This document shows, piece by piece, positions 1-8,532 of a stretch of 64,000 nt of DNA. The translations under genes and the position numbers were made by a program. Origin of the DNA: Myxococcota bacterium (lineage in GTDB: Bacteria > Myxococcota_A > UBA796 > CAJQPC01); NCBI GenBank assembly GCA_036229005.1, contig JAZAMN010000043.1, positions 64,001 through 128,000 of the forward strand, given 5' to 3'. How positions within the stretch are numbered: the first letter of the stretch is position 1; every line of letters starts with the position of its first letter. Below the pieces are notes generated by a model that made no database searches, was not told the DNA's origin, and was given only the letters and a program-made list of their open reading frames with translations.

Positions 1-56
1 AGCAGGCAGAAGTTGGCGCCCACGTAGCTGGAGGCGCCGGTGACCAGCAGCCTCAC
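1..56 (-). CDS. NAD(P)-binding Rossmann protein (epimerase/SDR-like), N-terminus only; runs off the window
   Basis: GTG at 56 overlaps the stop of the MOSC gene. Translates MRLLVTGASSYVGANFCL, a GxxGxxG-like dinucleotide-binding start. Confidence 0.65.
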   Translation of the reverse strand, partial: MRLLVTGASSYVGANFCL

Positions 57-538
57 TTGACCCGGTCCAGGCGGATCAGGGGGTCGCCCACCCGCACCAG
101 GCCGGGCTGCTCGATGGCCGCGCAGATGCCGCCGTGACCGACCATGGCGTGGATCGCGCCGGGGCCCAGGGCGGCCTCCATCTGCTCGCAGGGGTCGGCC
201 TCGACGGTGCCGCGGAGGATGGCGTCGCCGAGCTGGAAGCGCCAGCCGTCGAGCAGGGCGCGCAGGTTGAACCCGGAGACCAGGATGTTGCGGCGCAGGT
301 CCAGCAGGTCGGGGGGGCTGTCCTGGCCCATGAGTTGGGCGATCAGGGGCAGGTGCTCGGCCTGGATCAGGGTGACCGCGCGGCGCTTGGAGCGGCCGTA
401 GTCGTAGCCGGGCTCGCCGATGGGCCAGGCGTCGATCTCCCGGGGGCGCTTGCCCTTGCCGGGGCGCACCGTGATGCGCTCCACCCGGCCCTGCTGGGGG
501 GCCTTGGCCAGGATGGAGTTGATGAGGGGGGTGGTCAT
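53..538 (-). CDS. MOSC domain-containing protein
   Basis: Motifs RAVTLI, LRRNILVSG, DPCEQM and GGICAAIEQPGLVRVGD are typical of MOSC/YiiM-like proteins. Confidence 0.85.
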   Translation of the reverse strand: MTTPLINSILAKAPQQGRVERITVRPGKGKRPREIDAWPIGEPGYDYGRSKRRAVTLIQAEHLPLIAQLMGQDSPPDLLDLRRNILVSGFNLRALLDGWRFQLGDAILRGTVEADPCEQMEAALGPGAIHAMVGHGGICAAIEQPGLVRVGDPLIRLDRVK

Positions 539-1311
539 GGTGGCGCGCTCCCTGCGGAGTTTCGGGCTGCAACAGACTGCTCCACCAGGGAGAGGAAGGT
601 GCGCCCAAAGAGGTAGGCGTCCCCCGGCCAGCGGGCGGAGACGTAGCGCCCATCCTGCACGACGAAGGCGCCGCGATCGCTGTCTGCGGTGCCGCGGGTG
701 CCCAGGGTCAGCGGGCCGCGGCGGAAGTCGGAGGGGTCGGTGAGGGCGCAGACCTCCGCCTGCACGGACTCGGGGTAGGTCCGGTAGTAGCGGCCCAGTT
801 TCCAGGCGGTCAGGCCCCAGGCCAGGTATTCCATGTAGGCCGGCAGGCAGGTGGTCTGGGTGCCCCGGAGCACCGAGCGGCCCTGGGTGTCCTTGGAGCG
901 GGCCAGGAGCAGGACGCCGTGACAGATGGCGGCCACGGGGCGACCGGTCGCCCAGAAGCGCGCGACGAAGGCCTGCAGCAGCTCGCTGCCCAGGTACTGG
1001 CGCATGCCGGGGGCGTGACCGCCTGGGAGCAGCAGGCCGTCGTAGTCCTCGGCCTGGAGCTCGGACCAGCGCAGGGGGGCCAGGAACGCGGGGTCCTGGG
1101 ACATGGCCTGGTAGTCCTGGATGGGGCCGGGGTCGGCGCCGAGCTGGCCGAAGATCACTCCGGTGAGCAGCAGCGGATCACAGGCCGCCACCGCTCCCTG
1201 CTCCGTGGCGAAGACCACCTGGTGTCCTGCATCCCGGAGCATCGCCCAGGGGACCGCGGCCTCTGTCGTGTCGAAGTCGCGGTCTGGGAGGGGGACGAGG
1301 ACGCGGGCCAA
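535..1311 (-). CDS. DJ-1/PfpI family (type 1 glutamine amidotransferase-like) protein
   Basis: DFDTTE, DGLLLPGGH, nucleophile elbow AAICHG and SARWPGD. Confidence 0.9.
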   Translation of the reverse strand: MARVLVPLPDRDFDTTEAAVPWAMLRDAGHQVVFATEQGAVAACDPLLLTGVIFGQLGADPGPIQDYQAMSQDPAFLAPLRWSELQAEDYDGLLLPGGHAPGMRQYLGSELLQAFVARFWATGRPVAAICHGVLLLARSKDTQGRSVLRGTQTTCLPAYMEYLAWGLTAWKLGRYYRTYPESVQAEVCALTDPSDFRRGPLTLGTRGTADSDRGAFVVQDGRYVSARWPGDAYLFGRTFLSLVEQSVAARNSAGSAPP

Positions 1312-1313
1312 GC

Positions 1314-2744
1314 CTAGGGCTCCACCACGGTCCAGGTCACGTCGGGCAGGACCTCGGCGAGCTGGGGCTGGATGACGGAGAGGTCACCCACGACCACGAC
1401 GATGGCGGCGCTGGGGTCGATGCCGGCCAGGGCGGCGTTGACGGACTCGACGCTGGCGGACTGGGAGGCGGAGAGCTCCTGGGCCAGGGTGTCGGGGGAC
1501 TGCTGCATCGCGGCCAGGTCGGCGAAGGCGGAGGCCATGCCGGAGCGGGTCTCGAAGACCGAGACGGTGTCGCTGCGCTTGGCGCCCTGGGCCTTCTTGA
1601 GCTCGGCGGCGTCGATGCCCGCGGAGATGCGCTCCAGCTCGCCCATCATGTCCACCAGGGCCAGGCCGGTGACGTCGCCCCGGACCGCCGAGTAGGTGAT
1701 CATGCGGCCGTAGCCGGGGCCATCTCCCAGGCCGGCGCGCGCGCCGTAGGTGTAGCCCTTCTCTTCGCGCAGCAGGCGGTTGAGGCGGGAGGTGAAGGTG
1801 CCGCCAAGCACGATGCTACCGAGCTCGGCGGGCACATAGGCGGGGTCGTCCGACTGCCAGCCGGGCAGGGTGACCCGCAGGATGGACTGGGAGCTGCCGG
1901 GGTTGTCGACCAGGTAGTACCCGGCGGCGCCGGTGGGGGCGGGGTGCTCGGGGAGCGGGGCCAGCTCGCTGGGCGTCCAGTCGCCAAAGTGGGCGTTCAG
2001 GCTGGACTTGAGGAGGTCCGCGTCTCCATCGCCATTGACCAGGTCGCCGCAGATCACGAAGGTGGTGCGCTCGGGGGCCATGCGCTGCTGCCAGCTTGCC
2101 TTGAGCTGCGCTGCGTCCAGGGACTCGAGGGAGGCGGCCGTTCCGGAGGTGTTGTGGGCCAGGGGGTGCTCGGCGCCGAAGTAGACCCGGTCGCCCACCC
2201 AGGAGGCGACGGTGGCGGGGGTGTCCAGGCTCTGGGCGATGTCACCCAGCCGCTGATCGCGCACCCGCTCGACCTCATCCGCGTCGAAGGTGGGCTGGGT
2301 CACGGCCATGAACAGCAGGTCCAGGCCGCTGCCGAGCGTCTCCGTCGTGGCCTCCAGGCTCAGCCAGGTGGTGGCCTGCCCGGTGGAGGCGTGCAGGGAC
2401 AGGGCCTGCTGCTCCACCTCGGCGGCGAACGCGCTGGCGTCCAGGTCCCCGGCGCCGTGGGTGAGCATGGCGTTGGAGAAAGCGGTCAGCCCGGGTTGGT
2501 CGGCGGGGTCCATGTCTCGCCCGCCGCGCACGACCATGCGCACGCTGACCAAGGGGAGCCCAGGGGTCTCCATGAACCAGACGGTCGCGCCATTGTCCAG
2601 GGTGAACACCTGGGGCTGCGGCGGCGTGAAGTCGGCGGCCGGGCCCACGGTGGGGCGTGCGTCCAGCAAGCTGGGGGAGGGGAGCGGGACAGGCTCGACG
2701 GAGGCTTGCTTGGGGCAGGCCAAGAGCAGCAGCAGAGCGTGCAT
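1314..2744 (-). CDS. M16 family peptidase, non-catalytic subunit, lipoprotein
   Basis: TLDNG start of the M16 fold and LGGTFTSRLNRLLREEKGYTYG; no HxxEH motif; short lipobox LLAC; stop/start overlap with the partner gene. Confidence 0.88.
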   Translation of the reverse strand: MHALLLLLACPKQASVEPVPLPSPSLLDARPTVGPAADFTPPQPQVFTLDNGATVWFMETPGLPLVSVRMVVRGGRDMDPADQPGLTAFSNAMLTHGAGDLDASAFAAEVEQQALSLHASTGQATTWLSLEATTETLGSGLDLLFMAVTQPTFDADEVERVRDQRLGDIAQSLDTPATVASWVGDRVYFGAEHPLAHNTSGTAASLESLDAAQLKASWQQRMAPERTTFVICGDLVNGDGDADLLKSSLNAHFGDWTPSELAPLPEHPAPTGAAGYYLVDNPGSSQSILRVTLPGWQSDDPAYVPAELGSIVLGGTFTSRLNRLLREEKGYTYGARAGLGDGPGYGRMITYSAVRGDVTGLALVDMMGELERISAGIDAAELKKAQGAKRSDTVSVFETRSGMASAFADLAAMQQSPDTLAQELSASQSASVESVNAALAGIDPSAAIVVVVGDLSVIQPQLAEVLPDVTWTVVEP

Positions 2745-4129
2745 CAGTGGGTCTCCTCGGCGGCGGTCTCTTCGGTCTTCTCGGGACGGACGCGGGCGGT
2801 CAGCGCGCGCTCACGGGTCAGAGCGGCGGCGGCGGCCTGCACGTCTGCCGGGGTGGCCGTCGTGTAGCGGGCCAGGTCCTGCTCCAGGTAGTCGGTGGTG
2901 CCGACCAGGTAGTGGTAGCGGTTCAGGGTGCTCGCGCGGCTGTCCAGGCTCTCGAGTCCCGAGAGGAAGCCCACCTGGTATTCGCGGACCACGCGGTCCA
3001 GCTCGGCTTGGGTGGGGCCCTCTTCGGCCAGCTTCTGCAGCTCCTCGAACACCACGTCCTCCATCTGCTCGATGGTGTGGGTCTCGGTGGGCAGGCCCTG
3101 GATCATGAAGATGCTGGAGTGCATCTGGGAGAACTGGTAGGCGTTGATCTCCAGCGCCATCTGCTCGGAGTGCACCATGCGCTGGTAGAGCCGGCTGGAG
3201 CGCCCGCCCGCCAGGATGGAGGCCAGCAGGTCGTAGGCCGCGTCGCCCTCCTGCAGGGCCGCCGGGGAGTGCCACATCAGGGTGGTCATGGGGATCTGGA
3301 CCTGGTCCTCCAGCTCCAGCAGGGGCACCACGGGGGTGTCCGGGGTCTCCGGGGTCGCCCGCTCGGGCAGCTCACCGGGCGCGATCTGCCCGAAGGTCCC
3401 GGCGATGAAGGGCTTGATCTGCGCGGGGTCGAAGTCCCCGGCCACCACCAGGCTGGCGTTGTTGGGCACATACCAGGTGTCGAAGAAGTCCACGACGTCC
3501 TGCACGGTCGCCGCCTGCAGGTCCTCGTGGGAGCCGATGACCGAGTGCGCGTAGGGGTGCCCCTCGGGGTAGAGCGCGGCGTTCATCTCCAGCCAGAGCA
3601 CGCCGTAGGGGGCGTCCTCGCCGGTCTGCCGCCGCTCGTTGCGCACGACCTCGCGCTGCAGGTCCAGCTTCTCCTGGGTCATCGCGCTGGACAGCCCGTC
3701 CATGCGGTCGGCGTCCATCCACAGCAGGGTCTCCAGGAGCTGGCTGGGCCCCACGGAGTAGTAGTCGGTGGCGTCTTCCGAGGTCCAGGCGTTGTTCCAG
3801 CCGCCCTCGGCCTCCATCAGGTCATCAAAGCCGCTGCCGGGCAGGCGGGTGGTCCCCATGAACATCAGGTGCTCGAAGAGGTGGGCAAAGCCCGTACGAC
3901 CCACGAGCTCGTCCTTGGACCCCACGCCGTACCAGACGTTGATGGTGACGGTGGGGAGGGCGTGGTCCTCGATGAGGATCACGTTCATACCGTTCTCGAG
4001 CTGGTACTCCTCGTGGGGGATCTGAAGACGGGTGCTTGCCGGCGAGGACACGCTGCCTGCGTCGGTGACCGGCGCGGGGGGCGGCTCCTGGGCGAACAGG
4101 CCGCCGGCGAGGAGGGCGATGGTGAACAT
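2744..4129 (-). CDS. M16 family zinc peptidase (pitrilysin/insulinase-like), catalytic subunit
   Basis: VGSKDE..RTGFAHLFEHLMF (inverted HxxEH), NAWTSEDAT and EVVRNERR. Start placed at ATG 4129, preceded by an AGAGG RBS. Confidence 0.92.
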   Translation of the reverse strand: MFTIALLAGGLFAQEPPPAPVTDAGSVSSPASTRLQIPHEEYQLENGMNVILIEDHALPTVTINVWYGVGSKDELVGRTGFAHLFEHLMFMGTTRLPGSGFDDLMEAEGGWNNAWTSEDATDYYSVGPSQLLETLLWMDADRMDGLSSAMTQEKLDLQREVVRNERRQTGEDAPYGVLWLEMNAALYPEGHPYAHSVIGSHEDLQAATVQDVVDFFDTWYVPNNASLVVAGDFDPAQIKPFIAGTFGQIAPGELPERATPETPDTPVVPLLELEDQVQIPMTTLMWHSPAALQEGDAAYDLLASILAGGRSSRLYQRMVHSEQMALEINAYQFSQMHSSIFMIQGLPTETHTIEQMEDVVFEELQKLAEEGPTQAELDRVVREYQVGFLSGLESLDSRASTLNRYHYLVGTTDYLEQDLARYTTATPADVQAAAAALTRERALTARVRPEKTEETAAEETH

Positions 4130-4197
4130 GGGACCTCTTGCGGTGATTGCGGCAGGGTAGCGCAGGTGAGCGCCGCGGGGGTCCGCTTGTGCGACTG

Positions 4198-4372
4198 GTT
4201 CTGCCGGGCAGGAGTTCCAAGCAGGCCCGTCCGGCAGAACACGGGCCCGAGTGGGCCCGCGGGGGCTGCGCCGCAAGGCGCTTCCGGGGGTGTCCCCCGG
4301 AGAAGACAGTAGTTCTCTGGAGCATGGGTTCCGGCACGCGGAGAGTGTCGGAACCCATGCTTCGGAGAACTA
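4198..4372. repeat. Cluster of five stem-loops (REP-like or structured RNA), including a 28-bp hairpin
   Basis: Inverted repeats at 4198-4240, 4242-4259, 4268-4281 (GCAA loop), 4283-4301 and 4310-4372. Confidence 0.7.
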
Positions 4373-5425
4373 GGCGGTGTGCAAGACCAGGTTGGCGTAG
4401 GCTTGGCGCTCGCGCTCGGAGATCTGCGGGTCTTGGGCCAGGGCCTGGATCAGCTCGGCCATGTGCAGGTTGGCGTTGACGAGCTGCCGGGCCAGCGCGT
4501 CGTAGACCACCTGGCGGAAGGCGCTCGCGGCGGGGTGCTCGGGGTCCTCGAAGGCCTCCAGCAGCTCGCCCGGCAGGCGCAGCACCCAGGTGGGCTGGGC
4601 GGCGTAGCAGCTCGCCGAGCGGATGGCGCCATGCACCAGGGAGACCAGCCCGAAGAGCCGGCCGGGGCCCAGCTCCGCCAGCTTCTCATTCGTGGCGTTG
4701 CGCGTGGCCCGGTACACGTCGATGCGGCCCTGCCCCACGATGAACGCGTCGTTCCCGCGCTGCCCCTCGCGGAGCAGCAGCGCGCCTTGGGGCACCGCCT
4801 CGACGACGGTGTGGTCGGCGATGGCCTGGAGCAGGTGGGGCTCGACCACCTGGAATACCGGGGAGTTCTGCAGCACCTGCAGGCTGGTGGGCGCAGGGTG
4901 TTGAGGGTGGGGGTCGTCCGGCACCAGCCAGGAGCGCAGGCGGGCCCAGAGGCCCTCGGGCTCGTAGGTGGCCAGCTCGGTGCCCTGGGCGAACTCGGAG
5001 ATGCGCTCGCTCATCTCGCGCAGGCGCTTGCCCAGGGTGCGCAGGACCTGCTGCTCCAGCAGGGGAACCAGCAGATTGCCGTGGGCACGCAGCAGGTTCA
5101 GGCCGCCTTCGTCCAGCACCAGCAGGGAGCAGGCTTCGGCGGTGCGAACGGTGGCGTGGCGCTTGCCCTCCACGCCGAACAGCGCCATGTCGCCGATGAT
5201 GGCGCCCTGGCCCACCGTGGCCACGACCGTGGCCGGCTCCCCGCAGAGGATCTCCAGGTGGCCGTCCACCACGATCATCAGGCTGGAGTCGGACTCGCCC
5301 TCCACCGTGAGGATCTCGCCCGCGCCCACCTCGAAGGGGGTCAGGGCCTGCTCCAGCGCCTGGTCCAGGTGGTGCTTGGGCACCATGCGGAACAGGGGGA
5401 GGCTCTTGGGGTCGGTCAGGCTCAT
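4370..5425 (-). CDS. Tandem cyclic-nucleotide-binding domain protein
   Basis: Two cNMP domains (GAIIGDMAL..RHATVRT and GRLFGLVSL..RSASCYA); start placed at MSLTDP, ATG 5425. Confidence 0.85.
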   Translation of the reverse strand: MSLTDPKSLPLFRMVPKHHLDQALEQALTPFEVGAGEILTVEGESDSSLMIVVDGHLEILCGEPATVVATVGQGAIIGDMALFGVEGKRHATVRTAEACSLLVLDEGGLNLLRAHGNLLVPLLEQQVLRTLGKRLREMSERISEFAQGTELATYEPEGLWARLRSWLVPDDPHPQHPAPTSLQVLQNSPVFQVVEPHLLQAIADHTVVEAVPQGALLLREGQRGNDAFIVGQGRIDVYRATRNATNEKLAELGPGRLFGLVSLVHGAIRSASCYAAQPTWVLRLPGELLEAFEDPEHPAASAFRQVVYDALARQLVNANLHMAELIQALAQDPQISERERQAYANLVLHTA

Positions 5426-5536
5426 TGGGGCATCCTCGCAGCGACTCCCTAACTGGAAGCTCGCTTTCCTTCCGCTGGGATTCACCGGTCCGCGACCACG
5501 CGCCGCGCCGCGCGCTCCAAAGGGGTAGGGGAGGGG

Positions 5537-6121
5537 ATGCCCTGGCTCAGCTCCCTGCTCGCCGGCGCCCTCCTGGGCCTCGCTGGCGGTCTCTCTCCCG
5601 GCCCTCTGACCGCCCTGGTCCTGGGGGAGACCCTGCGGGGCGGTTTGCGCAGCGGCCTGCGGGTGAGCCTCGCCCCGCTGGTCACCGACGGCCCGCTGAT
5701 CGGCCTCGCCCTGCTCATCGGAGCGCTTCCCCCGCTGGCCACCCAGGTGATCAGCGTCGGGGGCGCCCTCTTCCTGCTCCACCTGGCCTGGGGGATGTGG
5801 CGCGCCGAGCCCCCAGAGCCCTCCGAGCCGCCCCCCGAGGGCCTGCTGCGCCGGGCCATCGCCACCAACCTGCTCAACCCGCACCCCTACCTGTTCTGGC
5901 TCGCCGTGGGCGGCCCCATGCTGCTGGAGACCGCGGCCCCGGTGGCCTTCCTGGTGGGCTTCTTTGGCCTGCTGGTGGGCAGCAAGGCGGCGCTGGCCGT
6001 GCTGGCGGAGCGCGCCCGCCCCTGGCTGGGCTCGAGCGGCTACCGCTGGACCCTGCGCGCCTTGGGCGTGGGCCTTGTTGTCCTCGCTGGTGAGCTGATC
6101 TGGTCCCTACTGGCGGGTTGA
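5537..6121 (+). CDS. LysE family translocator
   Basis: GLSPGP N-terminal motif, TNLLNPHPYLFW and a hydrophobic profile. Confidence 0.88.
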   Translation: MPWLSSLLAGALLGLAGGLSPGPLTALVLGETLRGGLRSGLRVSLAPLVTDGPLIGLALLIGALPPLATQVISVGGALFLLHLAWGMWRAEPPEPSEPPPEGLLRRAIATNLLNPHPYLFWLAVGGPMLLETAAPVAFLVGFFGLLVGSKAALAVLAERARPWLGSSGYRWTLRALGVGLVVLAGELIWSLLAG

Positions 6122-6157
6122 GCTTGCCGCCGGGCTCGGGGGGTGTACCGTCCCGGC

Positions 6158-6805
6158 ATGAGCCTCCCAGATCTCCTCCCTGTCTTCCCGCTGCCCAACA
6201 TCGTCTTCTACCCGGGGTCGGTGCTGCCGCTGCATGTGTTCGAGCCCCGCTACCGCGCCCTGGTCCAGCACTGTCTGGCGCACGAGCTGCCTATCGGCGT
6301 GCCGCGCATCCGGGCCGCCCACGAGGAGCAGCACCTGGGCGAGCCGCCGCTGCACGAGGTCTGCGGGGTGGGGCGCATCGAGCGTCACCTGGAGCTCCCG
6401 GATGGTCGCTTCAACCTGGTCCTTCGGGCCTTCACGCGGGTGAGGTTGGAGGAGGAGGCGGCGCTCGATGCGGGAGGTTTTCGCCTCTTCCGGGTCTCGG
6501 AGCAGCCGGACCTGGAGATCGCCCCCGCGGTGCAGGCGAGGCACATGGGGGCCATCGCGGCCTTGGCGCGTGGCCTGGCGACGACCGTGCCCGCGCTGGG
6601 ACACCTGCTCGATGAGCTCATGAAGCGGGAGATGCCGCCGGGGCAGATCGCCGACCAGATCGTGGACTTCACGACACTGTCGGTGGACGAGAAACAGGCA
6701 TTCCTGGAGCTGCGGGATCCGGCGCAGCGGCTGGAGAAGGCGGAGGCGCTGCTGGCGGATCTGTTGGCGACGTCAGTCCATGACCATGGGCACCATGGGC
6801 ACTGA
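6158..6805 (+). CDS. Lon peptidase N-terminal (substrate-binding) domain protein, stand-alone
   Basis: LPVFPLPNIVFYPG..LPLHVFEPRY, LPDGRFNL and EKQAFLE; no AAA+ or protease domain; His-rich tail HDHGHHGH. Confidence 0.9.
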   Translation: MSLPDLLPVFPLPNIVFYPGSVLPLHVFEPRYRALVQHCLAHELPIGVPRIRAAHEEQHLGEPPLHEVCGVGRIERHLELPDGRFNLVLRAFTRVRLEEEAALDAGGFRLFRVSEQPDLEIAPAVQARHMGAIAALARGLATTVPALGHLLDELMKREMPPGQIADQIVDFTTLSVDEKQAFLELRDPAQRLEKAEALLADLLATSVHDHGHHGH

Positions 6806-6829
6806 ACTCGGAGAGTTCAGTGATTCTTT
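6800..6829 (+). terminator. Probable intrinsic terminator overlapping the LonN gene stop
   Basis: Perfect 10-bp stem CACTGAACTC/GAGTTCAGTG with a 3-nt loop, followed by ATTCTTT. Confidence 0.6.
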
Positions 6830-7600
6830 GTGGGGGCGCCGGCCCCCACACCCCCTGAGCGGGCTTCTGAGAAAGCCCGGGGAGACCGAGGGGCCGGTCT
6901 CCCGGGAGTCCGCGCCGCCGAGACGGACTTGGGGGTCCGGCTGGGCTCGGCGGCGGCGGCCTCCGAGGTGGGGGGGCCGGATTCGCCTACACATGCCGGC
7001 TGCACCTACGCTGCTCGGAGTCCGCGCCGGCGAGACGGACTTGGGGTCCGGTTGGGCTCGGCGGCGGCGGCCTTCGAGGTGGGATTCAGACCGTTGCGGC
7101 CCAGGGAGACCGAGCGGCCGGTCTGGAGGGAGTCCGCGCTGCCGAGACGGACTTGGGGGTCCGGCTGGGCTCGGGGGCGGCGGCCTCCGAGGTGGGGGCA
7201 GGGATGGCTCTGACGTGGGAGTTCAGTGTTGTTTTCTGGGGGCGCTGGCCCCCACACCCCCTGGGCGGGCCTCGTTGAGGCCCAGGGAGACCGAGCGGCC
7301 GGTCTGGTGGGAGTCGGCGCCGCCGAGACGGACGTGGGGTCCGATTGGGCTTGGCGGCGGCGGCCTCCGAGGTGGCGAGCTTGACTGGCCTCCCCAAGTC
7401 AGCTGCGCAGACGCCGCTGCTCGGAGTCCGCGCCGCCGAGACGGACGTGGTGTCCGATTGGGCTCGGGGGCGGCGGCCTCCGAGGTGGGATTCAGACCGT
7501 TGAGGCCCAGGGAGACCGAGCGGCCGGTCTGGTGGGAGTCGGCGCCGCCGAGACGGACGTGGGGGCCGGTTGGGCTCGGCGGCGGCGGCCTCCGAGGTGG
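6813..7600. repeat. Array of six ~67-bp hairpin-forming repeats (period ~112 bp) inside a ~405-bp tandem duplication
   Basis: GGAGTCCGCGCCGCCGAGACGGAC...CTCGGCGGCGGCGGCCTCCGAGGTGG starts at 6905, 7017, 7129, 7310, 7423 and 7535. The duplicated leader GAGTTCAGTG..GGGGGCGCYGGCCCCCACACCCCCT is at 6813 and 7219. Confidence 0.9.
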
Positions 7601-7612
7601 CGAGCCTGACTA

Positions 7613-7965
7613 GCCTCCCCAAGTCGGCTGCCACCGCGGCCGCTCCCCGGAACTCCCGTCATCGGCGGTCGCCAGTCCCCGGTCCCCGGTCGCCGCCTGC
7701 GCGCGGCCGCTCCTCGGAACTCCCGTCATCGGCGGTCGCCAGTCCCCGGTCCCCGGTCGCCGCTTGTGCCCAACCGCCCCCGGCGGCCTCAAGCAGCCCC
7801 CCGACGCCTCCCCAAGTCGGCTGCCACCGCGGCCGCTCCCCGGAACTCCCGTCATCGGCGGTCGCCAGTCGCCAGTCCCCGGTCGCCGCCTGCGCGCGGC
7901 CGCTCCCCGGAACTCCCGTCATCGGCGTTCGCCTCGCCGGTCCCCGGTCGCCGCCTGCGCGCGGT
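7613..7965. repeat. Four ~67-bp direct repeats (2x2, 193-bp higher-order duplication)
   Basis: CGCGGCCGCTCCYCGGAACTCCCGTCATCGGCG... at 7635, 7702, 7828 and 7895; GCCTCCCCAAGTCGGCTGCCACC at 7613 and 7806. Confidence 0.9.
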
Positions 7966-7988
7966 CGCTGCCCGAGCCCCCCAGCGAC

Positions 7989-8280
7989 GCGGCTACACAG
8001 GTCGAATGAGCGGCCCCCTGTGGCTACGGGGGGCGAATGAGCGGTGCGCTGAGGCTACGCAGGCTCAGTGAGCGAATCGGTCACCGAATCAGGGCGGGAA
8101 GGGGTGATTCAGGACGAATTTCGGGCTGAACAAGCCCTTTCGGGGCCAGATCGGTGGATGGACCGCTCACCGGTGGGCCGTAGCCTCAGAACACCGCTCG
8201 CTCACACCCCGTAGCCACCCCCGGGCGCTCACTCAGACCTGGTAGCCAGCCCCAAGCGCTCATCCACGCCGGGTAGCCGC
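7989..8280. repeat. Fold-back element of 31-bp-periodic units (3 forward + 4 inverted)
   Basis: GGCTAC at 7991/8022/8053 with TGAGCG at 8007/8038/8069. CGCTC at 8164/8195/8226/8257 with GTAGCC at 8180/8211/8242/8273. Confidence 0.85.
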
Positions 8281-8532
8281 AGAGGCCCGCCCTGGGGACC
8301 CGCGCGGAGGGCGCCGAGGACCGCCCCGACCCGCGCCAGGGGGCCCGGAGGGGCGCCGCAGGCGAGTTCCCGGCGCGCGCAGCGGGGCGGAACCAAGCGC
8401 GGATGCGCGCGCCCGCAGCGGCACCCGGCCGAAGCGGAGAACGCCGGTCAGGCGGGCTCCGGTCGGCGGCGCCCAGAGCCAAGAGGGCGCCCCCGGAACC
8501 CCGAGGACGCCCTCATCTACCCAAAGGACAGC

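Noticed and set aside
6905..7600. CRISPR array interpretation of the repeat-spacer pattern
   Set aside because: The repeats are ~67 bp and degenerate, spacers recur and are self-complementary, there is no AT-rich leader and no cas gene in the window.
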